Source of the DNA: Candidatus Latescibacterota bacterium
GTDB lineage: Bacteria > Latescibacterota > UBA2968
Direction: 5' to 3'
DNA length: 64,000 nt
Assembly (NCBI GenBank): GCA_965204375.1
Contig: OZ241986.1
Location: 6,208,001 to 6,272,000, forward strand
The notes under the pieces are model-generated. The model made no database searches. It was not told the DNA's origin and was given only the letters and a program-made list of their open reading frames with translations. This document shows, one piece after another, positions 19,521 to 27,984 of this stretch. The position numbers were made by a program, and so were the translations under genes. Within the stretch, counting starts at the first letter, position 1. Each line of letters opens with the position of its first letter.

Positions 19521-20921
19521 ATGAAGACTATGCAGCATAAAATTCTGATTGTGGATGATGATCCTGCGGCGCGGTACGGGTTGAAGCGGGCACTGACTGC
19601 GCTGGGGTGTGAGATTGTCGAAGCAGAGGATGGCGAGGCGGCGCTGGTGGCTGTGGCGCAGAGTAATCCCGATTTGTTGATTTGCGATATCCAGATGCCG
19701 AAGATGGATGGGTTGACGCTGGTGAAGCGGTTGGCTGATCAGGGGGATGCGCGGCCGGTTATTGTGATTACAGCGTATGGGTCGGAGCGGGTTGCGGTGG
19801 AGGCGATGAAGGTGGGGGCGTACGATTATTTGAGCAAGCCCTACGATGTGGATGAGTTGCGCTGTTTGGTGGAGAATGTTCTGGAGACGGTGCGGTTGCG
19901 GCGGGAGAATGAGACGCTTCGCAATGAAATTCGGCAGCAGTCGGGGTTCGGGTTGTTGATTGGTCGCAGCCGTGCGATGGAGGGGGTCTATGATTTGATC
20001 GGGAAGGTGGCGATGACCGATGCTGGGGTGCTGATTAGCGGGGAGAGCGGTACGGGTAAGGAGTTGGTCGCGCGGGCGATTCACGAGCAGAGCGGTCGAA
20101 AGGCGCGGCCTTTTGTCGCGGTGAATGCGGCGGCGTTGCCGACGGAGTTGATCGAAAGCGAGTTGTTCGGGCATGAGAGGGGCGCGTTTACCGGGGCGAC
20201 TGCGCGGCGGCAGGGCAAGTTTGAGCTTGCGGATGGGGGGACGCTATTTTTGGACGAGATCGGCGATATGCACATCGAGACGCAGGCGAAGTTGTTGCGC
20301 GTGCTGGAGGAGAAACAGTTTGAGCGGCTGGGCGGTTCGGAGACGGTGACTGTGGATGTTCGGATTATCAGCGCGACGAATAAGGATTTACCAGTGGAGA
20401 TTGTAGAAGGGCGGTTCCGGGAGGATCTCTTTTATCGCTTGAAGGTGGTGGATATTTTTTTGCCGCCGCTGCGGGATCGGCGCGAGGATATTCCGCTGCT
20501 TGTTCAGCATTTTTTGGCGCGTTTTAATGATCAGCACGGCAAGGCGATGACAGATGTGCCGCCGGATGTGATGAAGTTGCTGATGGTGTATGCCTGGCCG
20601 GGCAATATACGCGAGTTGATGCATTTGGTCGAGCGGGCGGTTATTTTTTCGGATGGGTCCGAGTTGCGTCGCGATTTGCTTCCCCAGGAGGTTCGGGGCG
20701 TTGCGTCTGTGGAGAGCACGGAGTCTGTCTGGCAAGATGGGGTGTTTTTTCAAGATGCAAAGCAGGAGGTTGTGCAGTCTTTTGAGGTTGCGTTTATCCG
20801 ATCCGCATTGGAATACTACAACGGCAATATCAGTCGCACAGCACCGGCTATTGGTATGAAACGGCAGGCGCTGCAACAGAAGTTGAGGGAGCACGGGATC
20901 GATCCTGGGATTTATCGGTAG
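19521..20921 (+). CDS. Sigma-54-dependent response regulator (NtrC family)
   Basis: Receiver (VDDD, D.QMP.MDG), GESGTGKE, GAFTGA, LFLDEIG, Fis-type HTH. Confidence 0.96.
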   Translation: MKTMQHKILIVDDDPAARYGLKRALTALGCEIVEAEDGEAALVAVAQSNPDLLICDIQMPKMDGLTLVKRLADQGDARPVIVITAYGSERVAVEAMKVGAYDYLSKPYDVDELRCLVENVLETVRLRRENETLRNEIRQQSGFGLLIGRSRAMEGVYDLIGKVAMTDAGVLISGESGTGKELVARAIHEQSGRKARPFVAVNAAALPTELIESELFGHERGAFTGATARRQGKFELADGGTLFLDEIGDMHIETQAKLLRVLEEKQFERLGGSETVTVDVRIISATNKDLPVEIVEGRFREDLFYRLKVVDIFLPPLRDRREDIPLLVQHFLARFNDQHGKAMTDVPPDVMKLLMVYAWPGNIRELMHLVERAVIFSDGSELRRDLLPQEVRGVASVESTESVWQDGVFFQDAKQEVVQSFEVAFIRSALEYYNGNISRTAPAIGMKRQALQQKLREHGIDPGIYR

Positions 20922-20949
20922 CCAGCCCCCAGCCCCTGCAACTTTATTG

Positions 20950-20984
20950 ATCCGGAGATACACATTGTGTCTCCGGATTTTTTT
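20950..20984 (+). terminator. Rho-independent terminator after the response regulator
   Basis: atccggaga(ta)cac-att-gtgtctccggat followed by a T run; second copy at 31078-31111. Confidence 0.75.
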
Positions 20985-20994
20985 GTGTCTGCTG

Positions 20995-21032
20995 TGCAAT
21001 ACGGGGTTTGCAGGTGCAATATTTAGTTTGCA
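20995..21032. promoter_or_regulatory. Putative enhancer (UAS): two tandem TGCAA-N8-TTGCA palindromes
   Basis: TGCAATACGGGGTTTGCA and TGCAATATTTAGTTTGCA, 20-bp period, upstream of a sigma-54 promoter; identical copy at 31122-31159. Confidence 0.65.
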
Positions 21033-21084
21033 CTGTTTGGGCGTTTTTGGGGTGAAATGGCCTTTTTCTGGGGTAAAATGGTTT

Positions 21085-21100
21085 TGGCACGGGATTTGCA
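21085..21100 (+). promoter_or_regulatory. Sigma-54 (-24/-12) promoter, copy 1
   Basis: TGGCAC-GGGAT-TTGCA, an exact match to TGGCAC-N5-TTGCW. Confidence 0.85.
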
Positions 21101-21197
21101 TATATCGGGAGTGAACAAAACGCAGGGGCGAAAAATCTTTCTCTCAGAATCCCGTAGGATCTCCCACAGGAGGAGGGATACATGCCTATTTTTAGAT

Positions 21198-21234
21198 ATA
21201 GCAAAATTGCCGCTTAATTCTGTCCAAATTATTG
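21198..21234 (+). mobile_element. Remnant right end of an IS related to the element at 29458-30865
   Basis: tatagcaaaattgccgcttaattctgtccaaattattg aligns with the IS end tatggcaatattgccgcttaattctgtccgaaccattg. Confidence 0.7.
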
Positions 21235-21287
21235 AATATAAATCACAAAAATATTTGAAAACCCACGGGAATGATCGTATTTTATCT

Positions 21288-21480
21288 TTGTCAACAGTCG
21301 AGCAGGTCCCGTTATGTCGGGTATCTGCTGAATACAATAGCCGAGTATAGACATGGACTGATCCCCCATGTCTCGGTAAATAGGTAGGACATTCCCGCAT
21401 TTCTATTCCTGCGTGACTGTTGACAATGCCCGACACCCCTTTTTTGGGGTGTCGAAACAGTCAGTTGTCAACTCGTCACA
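21288..21480 (+). ncRNA. Candidate structured leader RNA / switch, copy 1
   Basis: 19-nt inverted arms at 21288-21306 and 21408-21426 enclose internal hairpins; GC hairpin 21431-21454; third arm 21465-21479; 154-bp core identical to the copy at 35998-36151. Confidence 0.5.
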
Positions 21481-21544
21481 CTGCGCCTTGCGTAGATGAG
21501 GAACGAAATGCGATTTTTTTTGTACGACACAAAAGGAGAAATCC

Positions 21545-22681
21545 ATGCATGTCGAATACAATGCGAGTAGAGCCATCGCCATCCTGGTCACTACAGCCCT
21601 CTTGTTCAATGCGATGATGCCAACACTCGCACACGCAGCCACATATCTACAAGGCACAGAGGTCAATGCCAATACGTTGGTTCGAGATGCTTATGTGCAA
21701 GTCACCTATTACGATAGCAAAGGCAAACAGAAATTGGAGAAGGGTTGGATTGATGCGGTTGGTGAAACTTCGTTCACGATTCGGAGCGGCGGTATTAAGG
21801 ACAAGAAGACCATTTCTTATGATAAAGTTGTATCGGTGATCATGAGCGAGGAATCAACTGTGCCAGTAAGGCAGATGAATGAGGTGAATCGGTTTATTCG
21901 GACTATGGGCAATACACAACAGGCCATACAATGGGCAGAGACTGTCACAGTCATGACCTACGGACAGATTGATTTGTCAAAAATCGCAAAGGGGCTGTAT
22001 GCCCATGTCGTCTATACATCCGAAGAAAAAAATAAAAAAATCGCAGTCGGAAAGATTACCGACAAAGATTCAGATCATCTTATGATCCAAGAGGCTAAGT
22101 ATAGATCTGGGAGATACAGGAAAATAGCATACAGTGATATTGATATACTCGCTGTTGGGAAATCCCAACAAGACATTGCGGGATGGAAAAATGCGAGACA
22201 GGCTATACAACTGCTCCATGAAGGGAATACCAAAGTGCGTTTCAAAGCACCTTCTGTTTCAAAAAGGCGGATAGTTGGTAGGCTCGTCAAAGTCGTAGAG
22301 GATACACTTGTTATTCAAGGGGGGCATACATTTTTTCAAGTGCCCCTATCTTCGATCTCCAATCTTGAAGTCAGCCTTGGACAGCATAGAAACACAGGCA
22401 AAGGCCTGTTAATAGGACTGGGACTGGGATCTGCTATAGTCACGCTCTCTTTCCGACACGCAGAACACCTTGAAGAAACTGGTCCTTATGATTCTCTCGA
22501 TGGCCTTGCAACTGCATTAGGTGGGATGTTTCTGGGTGGCCTTGTCCTTGTTATTTCCACTTTCATTGGCGTAGCAACAAAATCCGACAAATGGGTCGGA
22601 GTGCCTCCACAACGCCTTAACCTGAGCGTTGCACCCCCATCCGCAAAAGGGCTTCGCGCCGCACTCATGTTTAATTTCTGA
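21545..22681 (+). CDS. Secreted modular paralog family X, member 1 (Sm-like modules, Gly-rich hairpin, C-terminal beta-signal)
   Basis: Signal peptide ending AHA; ATYLQGTEVNANTL module; ends RLNLSVAPPSAKGLRAALMFNF. Confidence 0.85.
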   Translation: MHVEYNASRAIAILVTTALLFNAMMPTLAHAATYLQGTEVNANTLVRDAYVQVTYYDSKGKQKLEKGWIDAVGETSFTIRSGGIKDKKTISYDKVVSVIMSEESTVPVRQMNEVNRFIRTMGNTQQAIQWAETVTVMTYGQIDLSKIAKGLYAHVVYTSEEKNKKIAVGKITDKDSDHLMIQEAKYRSGRYRKIAYSDIDILAVGKSQQDIAGWKNARQAIQLLHEGNTKVRFKAPSVSKRRIVGRLVKVVEDTLVIQGGHTFFQVPLSSISNLEVSLGQHRNTGKGLLIGLGLGSAIVTLSFRHAEHLEETGPYDSLDGLATALGGMFLGGLVLVISTFIGVATKSDKWVGVPPQRLNLSVAPPSAKGLRAALMFNF

Positions 22682-22775
22682 TGGCCGCTACTTGATCTTT
22701 CAAGGGGCGGCTTTCTCCCCCCTATTCCGATAGGGATTTTCCGTTCTTTTGACAAATACCAATCGTGAAAGGTAA

Positions 22776-23639
22776 ATGATTATGAGAAAGTATATTCTAA
22801 TCGGGCTATGCACTCTGTGCATGGGGTTGATAGCAGGTGAGGGATTCGCCCGGGGGCTGAATGCTCGCACAGAAGCTCTGGCTGGCGCGGGCATAGGCTT
22901 AATTGGGAGCGGGCAGGCCATTCAGTACAATCCAGCAGGATTGGCTTTTATGGATGGCTGGGAGGCACATTTCACGTTTGTGGATAGAGAGTATAATCAA
23001 TACATAGCTGGTGTTGCAAGGAACACAGGCATAGGGACTTTCGGACTTTCCGCGATCAATTACGGTTATTATTCAAGTGACTATACCATCTTCAGTGGCT
23101 ATGGGGTTATGATCACTGACCGGCTTGCGGTGGGAGCTATTCTCCGTCTGTTTCATTCGGGAGATTTCAAGACCGACGACTTAGACTTTGATTTGGGGAC
23201 ATATTTCTTGACCGGGTTGCGGAATACAGTTGTTGCAGCAGGCGTGGAGAATGTGAGTACTGGGATAGGTAATTTGGGCCGTGTTAGACTCCGCGCTGGG
23301 TTGTTCTTCGACCTGATGTCGTTGCTGGATCCGGAGTCTTTGTCGCACTATCTGGACCTTGCCTTAGAGGTGAACGATTATATCAACGATGACAGAGGTT
23401 CTTGGGCGAATCTGGGTATTGAGTATCAGTACAGATACTTGCTATCAAGCTATGCTCTGGAAATCGCGTTGCGTGGAGGAGTGCAATCAATATATGGCAT
23501 AGGTTCACCTGATACGACCTGGGGGGTTGGGCTGAAATTCGAGACGGAAGGTGGTCGTGGCATAAGGGTAGATTACGCGCCCTTAACTACCATGGCTTAC
23601 CCAGACCAGCACATTGTCAGTATGGCATTTATTTTTTAG
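22776..23639 (+). CDS. PorV/PorQ-like (FadL-superfamily) outer-membrane beta-barrel
   Basis: Signal peptide; AR..ALAGAG...AIQYNPAGLA motif; amphipathic strands; terminal Phe. Confidence 0.75.
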   Translation: MIMRKYILIGLCTLCMGLIAGEGFARGLNARTEALAGAGIGLIGSGQAIQYNPAGLAFMDGWEAHFTFVDREYNQYIAGVARNTGIGTFGLSAINYGYYSSDYTIFSGYGVMITDRLAVGAILRLFHSGDFKTDDLDFDLGTYFLTGLRNTVVAAGVENVSTGIGNLGRVRLRAGLFFDLMSLLDPESLSHYLDLALEVNDYINDDRGSWANLGIEYQYRYLLSSYALEIALRGGVQSIYGIGSPDTTWGVGLKFETEGGRGIRVDYAPLTTMAYPDQHIVSMAFIF

Positions 23640-23729
23640 GTCAGAATCACAAGCTCAAATATCTCTGGAAAGGCCCTCAACAAACTCGGCAACGGTTCGG
23701 TTCTATACCTGCATATGAAGGAGAGACCA

Positions 23730-25187
23730 ATGAAAATAGCCGCTATGGTTACAGTTGTGGCAGTGCTGCTCAACGCAGTGACCCCTACACTCGCACATGC
23801 AGCCACATATCTACAAGGCACAGAGGTCAATGCCAATACGCTGGTCCAAGATGCCTATGTTGCAGTCACATATTACGATAGCAATGGTCAGGAAAAAACG
23901 GAAAAGGGGTGGATTGATGTAATAGGTGAAACCACATTCACCATTCGGAGTGGTGGTCTCAAAAGCAAGAAAGCCATTGCTTACGACAACATCGTATCAA
24001 TAATCATGAGCAATGAATCCACCGTGCCAGCAAAGCAGATGAATGAGGTGAATCGGTTTATTCGAGAGATGAGAAAAAGAGAGATAGAGCAGAGTAAAAA
24101 AGAGAAAGAAGCAAAAGAAGATCAGGCCATCACGGTCATGCCACATGGACAGATTGACACTTCAAAGATTATAGAGGGGTGGTATGCCCATGCTATCTAT
24201 ACATCAGAGGGTGCGGAAGAGACTGCAACCGGAAAAATTACCAGGCAAGACTCTATACATATCGTGATTAGAAAACTGGAGAGTGGAGTATTGAAAACTT
24301 TGAAAACAATAGCATACAGTGATGTGGATACTCTCGTTATCGCTCAACACGCATGGAGTATCGAAAAATGGGAAAATGCAAGACAGGTCACAAGACACTA
24401 TGAACAGGCCCTGCGGACGCTCAAACAAACAGCCGTCACAGTTATGTCACGCGGGCAGTTTGGTCCTTCAAAGATCATGAAGGGATGGTATGCCCATGTC
24501 GTCTATACATCCAAAGGGGAAGGTAAAAGAACCACAGCCGGACAGATTGTAAATAAGGACGCGACTCACATATTTGTCAAAGATAGGATGGATAGGATAA
24601 CAACTTGGACAATTGCTTATGATGAGATCAACACACTCGTTGTTGCCAAACAGTGGCAAGATATTGAGAGGTATCGAGAAACCGGTGCGAGATATAATAC
24701 CAAAGTGCGTTTCAAAGCGTCTTCAATCTCAAAAAGGCAGATGATAGGCAGACTCGTTGAGATAATTGAAGACACACTCATTATCGAAGGCTCCCTTCAG
24801 GGATCGACGCATAGACGCCGACCACGACCGGTTGAAGTGATCCAACATGTACTTTTGTATGTACCCCTTTCTTCCATCTCCAATCTTGAAGTAAGCATTG
24901 GACAACAAAGAAACACGAGCAAAGGAATGGCTATTGGGGCTGGGGTTGGACTTTGCATTAGCATACCCTCATTCATATATGGAGCTCGTAACCCTGATAA
25001 CCTAGGGGCACTTGGCGCAGGTATAGTGGCATTCTACGCTACCCCATGCTTCTTTATTCTTGGCGGTCTCATTGGTGCAGCGTCAAAATCCGATAGATGG
25101 GTCAAGGTGTCGCTCCAGAGTCTCAACCTGAGCCTTGCACCCACATCCACAAAAGGGCTTCGCGCTGCGATTACGTTTAACTTTTAA
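23730..25187 (+). CDS. Family X member 2 (two copies of the middle module)
   Basis: Same N-module and tail; the GWYAH.VYTS module occurs twice; start placed after an AAGGAG RBS. Confidence 0.85.
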   Translation: MKIAAMVTVVAVLLNAVTPTLAHAATYLQGTEVNANTLVQDAYVAVTYYDSNGQEKTEKGWIDVIGETTFTIRSGGLKSKKAIAYDNIVSIIMSNESTVPAKQMNEVNRFIREMRKREIEQSKKEKEAKEDQAITVMPHGQIDTSKIIEGWYAHAIYTSEGAEETATGKITRQDSIHIVIRKLESGVLKTLKTIAYSDVDTLVIAQHAWSIEKWENARQVTRHYEQALRTLKQTAVTVMSRGQFGPSKIMKGWYAHVVYTSKGEGKRTTAGQIVNKDATHIFVKDRMDRITTWTIAYDEINTLVVAKQWQDIERYRETGARYNTKVRFKASSISKRQMIGRLVEIIEDTLIIEGSLQGSTHRRRPRPVEVIQHVLLYVPLSSISNLEVSIGQQRNTSKGMAIGAGVGLCISIPSFIYGARNPDNLGALGAGIVAFYATPCFFILGGLIGAASKSDRWVKVSLQSLNLSLAPTSTKGLRAAITFNF

Positions 25188-25243
25188 AATCGCGCTTATA
25201 TGTGGCGTTTTCGAAATGGTCGGAGAAAGGATGAGATGATGTC

Positions 25244-27682
25244 ATGAGAATAGAATGCAGGATACTCAGGATAAGCGCGTGTTTGTTTGCCTTGCTTTGT
25301 CTATCGTCTGTTGGAGATGCTTCGCCGCCATCTGCTGGGGACAATGTGCATTTTTGCCGAGTTCTCGATTACGAAGACATGCAGGAGCGCGATAGTTTGT
25401 ATGTTGCCACGAAGCACGCGCTCAATTTGAATGTTGGCGAACCTCGTACCGTGCGAATGATCTACTTCTTGCCGAATGACCGTCCCTTTCGCCAGGAAGT
25501 GGTGGATTCGATGAAAGTGACGATTCGCCAGATTCAGACGTTTTATGCGGAACAGATGCAGGCGCATGGATATGGCAACAAGACCTTCCGCTTTGAGACC
25601 GATGCAGAGGGCGAGCCAATGGTTCACCGCCTGGATGGGCAACATCCCGATAGTTACTATCTCACCTATACCTTTGGTAAGACACTCTATGAGGTTAGAC
25701 AGGCATTTGATGACCTGAGGAATATTTACTTGATTGTCATTGACAATGGTGAGAACGTTATAGGAGGTAACTGGGCAGGATTTGCATTCTCATACGAAAA
25801 AAGTGGCGTTGCATTTTTACCTGGAGAATTTCGTTGGACAAATGCCGCCCATGAACTTGGACATACTTTTGGATTACAGCACGATTTCAATGATGGTGCG
25901 TACATGATGTCGTATGGTCCAGGAAAAGATCAGTTATCTGCGTGTACGGCCAAATATTTGGCCGTACATCCCTACCTCAATCCCGATGTCGAAGCTAAAG
26001 AATTATCGCCGCCAACAATCCAACGCATTTCGTCGTCTGGATATCCGCCTGATGCAACGAGCGTCTCTATCCGCCTGAAAGTCAGCGACTCAGAAGGGCT
26101 TCATCAAGTGATCCTGTACGTTGAAACAGTGCTACCACACCCGGCTACTGGATCTCTAGAAGTAAAGGCGTTCCAGGTATTGGACGGTGAGAGCGATACT
26201 GTCGTTGAATTTGATTATGACGGTGTTATTCCATCTGATGGCTTTACGAGGTTAGGAAATCCTCTTGTACATCCGATTTCCGTTGAGGTCATTGATACTG
26301 ACGGAAATGTTAAACGTGAGTCTTTTGGATTATGGGAAATTTTGTCACAACATATCGCCACTTTTGAAGGGGATAAGGGTGAGGTCCGTTCTGTGTCATT
26401 TTCACCAGATGGTAGGGGCGTCGCTTCTACGTCGCAGAATCGGATCAAATTATGGGAAATTAAAGAAAGAAAAAATATTGCCACTCTTGAAGGGCATACA
26501 GGAGAGGTCAATTCTTTAGCGTTCTCTCCAGATGGACAGATGCTCGCTGCCGGAGCGTGGCAGGAGTTAAAACTGTGGGACGTTGCAACGCGAAGAAATA
26601 TCGCCACTTTTGAAGGGCATACGTATGACGTACGTTCTGTGGTGTTTTCTCCAGATGGCTCAACACTTGCTTCTGGGTCTTCTGATAGCACGCTCAAACT
26701 ATGGGACGTTGCGACAGGAAGAAAAATTGCCACTTTTGAAGGGCATACGGGTGAAGTCTATTCTGTTGCATTTTCACCCGATGGAACGATCCTCGCTTCC
26801 GGGTCATGGGATAACACAGTCAGAATGTGGGATGTTGCGACAGGAGAAAATATCGCTACCCTTGAGATGACTACCTCTGGTGTCTTTTCTGTGTCATTTT
26901 CACCCGATGGAACAATCCTCGCTTCTGGGTCGCAGGATGGCACGCTCAAGCTATGGGACGTTGCAACACTGACAAATATCGTTACTTGGCAAGCAGATAC
27001 TGTCTTTTCTGTGTCATTTTCACCCGATGGAACAATTCTCGCTTCTGGAGCGTGGCGGGAGTTCAAGCTGTGGAATGTTGTAACGAGAAAGAATATCGCC
27101 ACCCTTAAAGGACATACAAATAGGGTCTTTTCTTTAGCGTTTTCACCCGATGGGACGACGCTCGTTTCAGGATCCGAAGATCGCACAGTCAAACTATGGG
27201 ATATGTCGGCGTATGTCACGCCTGTAGTCCGCATCCCCGATGCCAACCTGCGTGCGGTGATTCGAGATGCGCTGGGCAAGTCGCGTTTTGCACCTATTAC
27301 AGTGACGGATATGGCGAGTTTGACTACTCTGGACGCGAGCAGCCACAATATCCGCGATTTGACCGGGCTGGAGTCTGCAACCAATCTGACCGAGTTGAAT
27401 CTTGTGGACAATCCGCTGAGTGCGCCAGCCATCAACACGCATATTCCAGTGCTTCAGGACAGAGGTGTTGAGGTCTTGTTTGACAAGACGCCGACGCCCG
27501 ATTTTGATGGCGATGGGATTATAGGCATTGGCGATTTTTTGCTTTTTGTGGCGCAGTTTGGATTCAGTGATGGCGATGATGGGTATGACGCGCAGTTCGA
27601 TCTGGATGGGGATGGCATGATTGGAATTAGCGATTTTCTGATTTTTGCCAATGCCTTCGGCAAATCTGTATCATCAAATTAA
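25244..27682 (+). CDS. Secreted zinc metalloprotease + WD40 propeller + LRR + dockerin/EF-hand-like tail
   Basis: HELGHTFGLQH metzincin motif with Met-turn; about 7 GH..V.S..FSPDG..WD repeats; IPDANLRAVIRDALGK LRR cap; PDFDGDG..DFL.F tail. Confidence 0.85.
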   Translation: MRIECRILRISACLFALLCLSSVGDASPPSAGDNVHFCRVLDYEDMQERDSLYVATKHALNLNVGEPRTVRMIYFLPNDRPFRQEVVDSMKVTIRQIQTFYAEQMQAHGYGNKTFRFETDAEGEPMVHRLDGQHPDSYYLTYTFGKTLYEVRQAFDDLRNIYLIVIDNGENVIGGNWAGFAFSYEKSGVAFLPGEFRWTNAAHELGHTFGLQHDFNDGAYMMSYGPGKDQLSACTAKYLAVHPYLNPDVEAKELSPPTIQRISSSGYPPDATSVSIRLKVSDSEGLHQVILYVETVLPHPATGSLEVKAFQVLDGESDTVVEFDYDGVIPSDGFTRLGNPLVHPISVEVIDTDGNVKRESFGLWEILSQHIATFEGDKGEVRSVSFSPDGRGVASTSQNRIKLWEIKERKNIATLEGHTGEVNSLAFSPDGQMLAAGAWQELKLWDVATRRNIATFEGHTYDVRSVVFSPDGSTLASGSSDSTLKLWDVATGRKIATFEGHTGEVYSVAFSPDGTILASGSWDNTVRMWDVATGENIATLEMTTSGVFSVSFSPDGTILASGSQDGTLKLWDVATLTNIVTWQADTVFSVSFSPDGTILASGAWREFKLWNVVTRKNIATLKGHTNRVFSLAFSPDGTTLVSGSEDRTVKLWDMSAYVTPVVRIPDANLRAVIRDALGKSRFAPITVTDMASLTTLDASSHNIRDLTGLESATNLTELNLVDNPLSAPAINTHIPVLQDRGVEVLFDKTPTPDFDGDGIIGIGDFLLFVAQFGFSDGDDGYDAQFDLDGDGMIGISDFLIFANAFGKSVSSN

Positions 27683-27697
27683 CAGGAGGAGAACGCC

Positions 27698-27848
27698 ATG
27701 CACACCGGACACAACATCCGCCAAGCCATTGCCATATTTGTAACCACAACGCTCCTGCTCAACACGATGGCTCCTTGAGCGTCTCAACTTGAGCGTTGCA
27801 CCCATATCCACAAAAGGGCTTCGCGCCGCGCTTACGTTTAATTTTTAA
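27698..27848 (+). pseudogene. Internally deleted family X gene (signal peptide joined to the C-terminal tail)
   Basis: MHTGHNIRQAIAIFVTTTLLLNTMAP* immediately followed, out of frame, by ERLNLSVAPISTKGLRAALTFNF*; syntenic with 45081-46163. Confidence 0.85.
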
Positions 27849-27984
27849 TTGAGGCTGGCGAAGACTAAATCCGCACAGAAAAAAGTCGACCGTACTGGTC
27901 GCCTAAGAATAGTACTTCAATGTCTCGATTTTACACACGCTGTTTGGCGGGCTGCGCGGGGACGCCCATCAACATGCCTTCTGT

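Noticed and set aside
21288-21426. Retron msr-msd or IscB omega-RNA (GTCAAC...GTTGAC arms)
   Set aside because: No adjacent reverse transcriptase, IscB or TnpB gene; the resemblance is limited to short arms.
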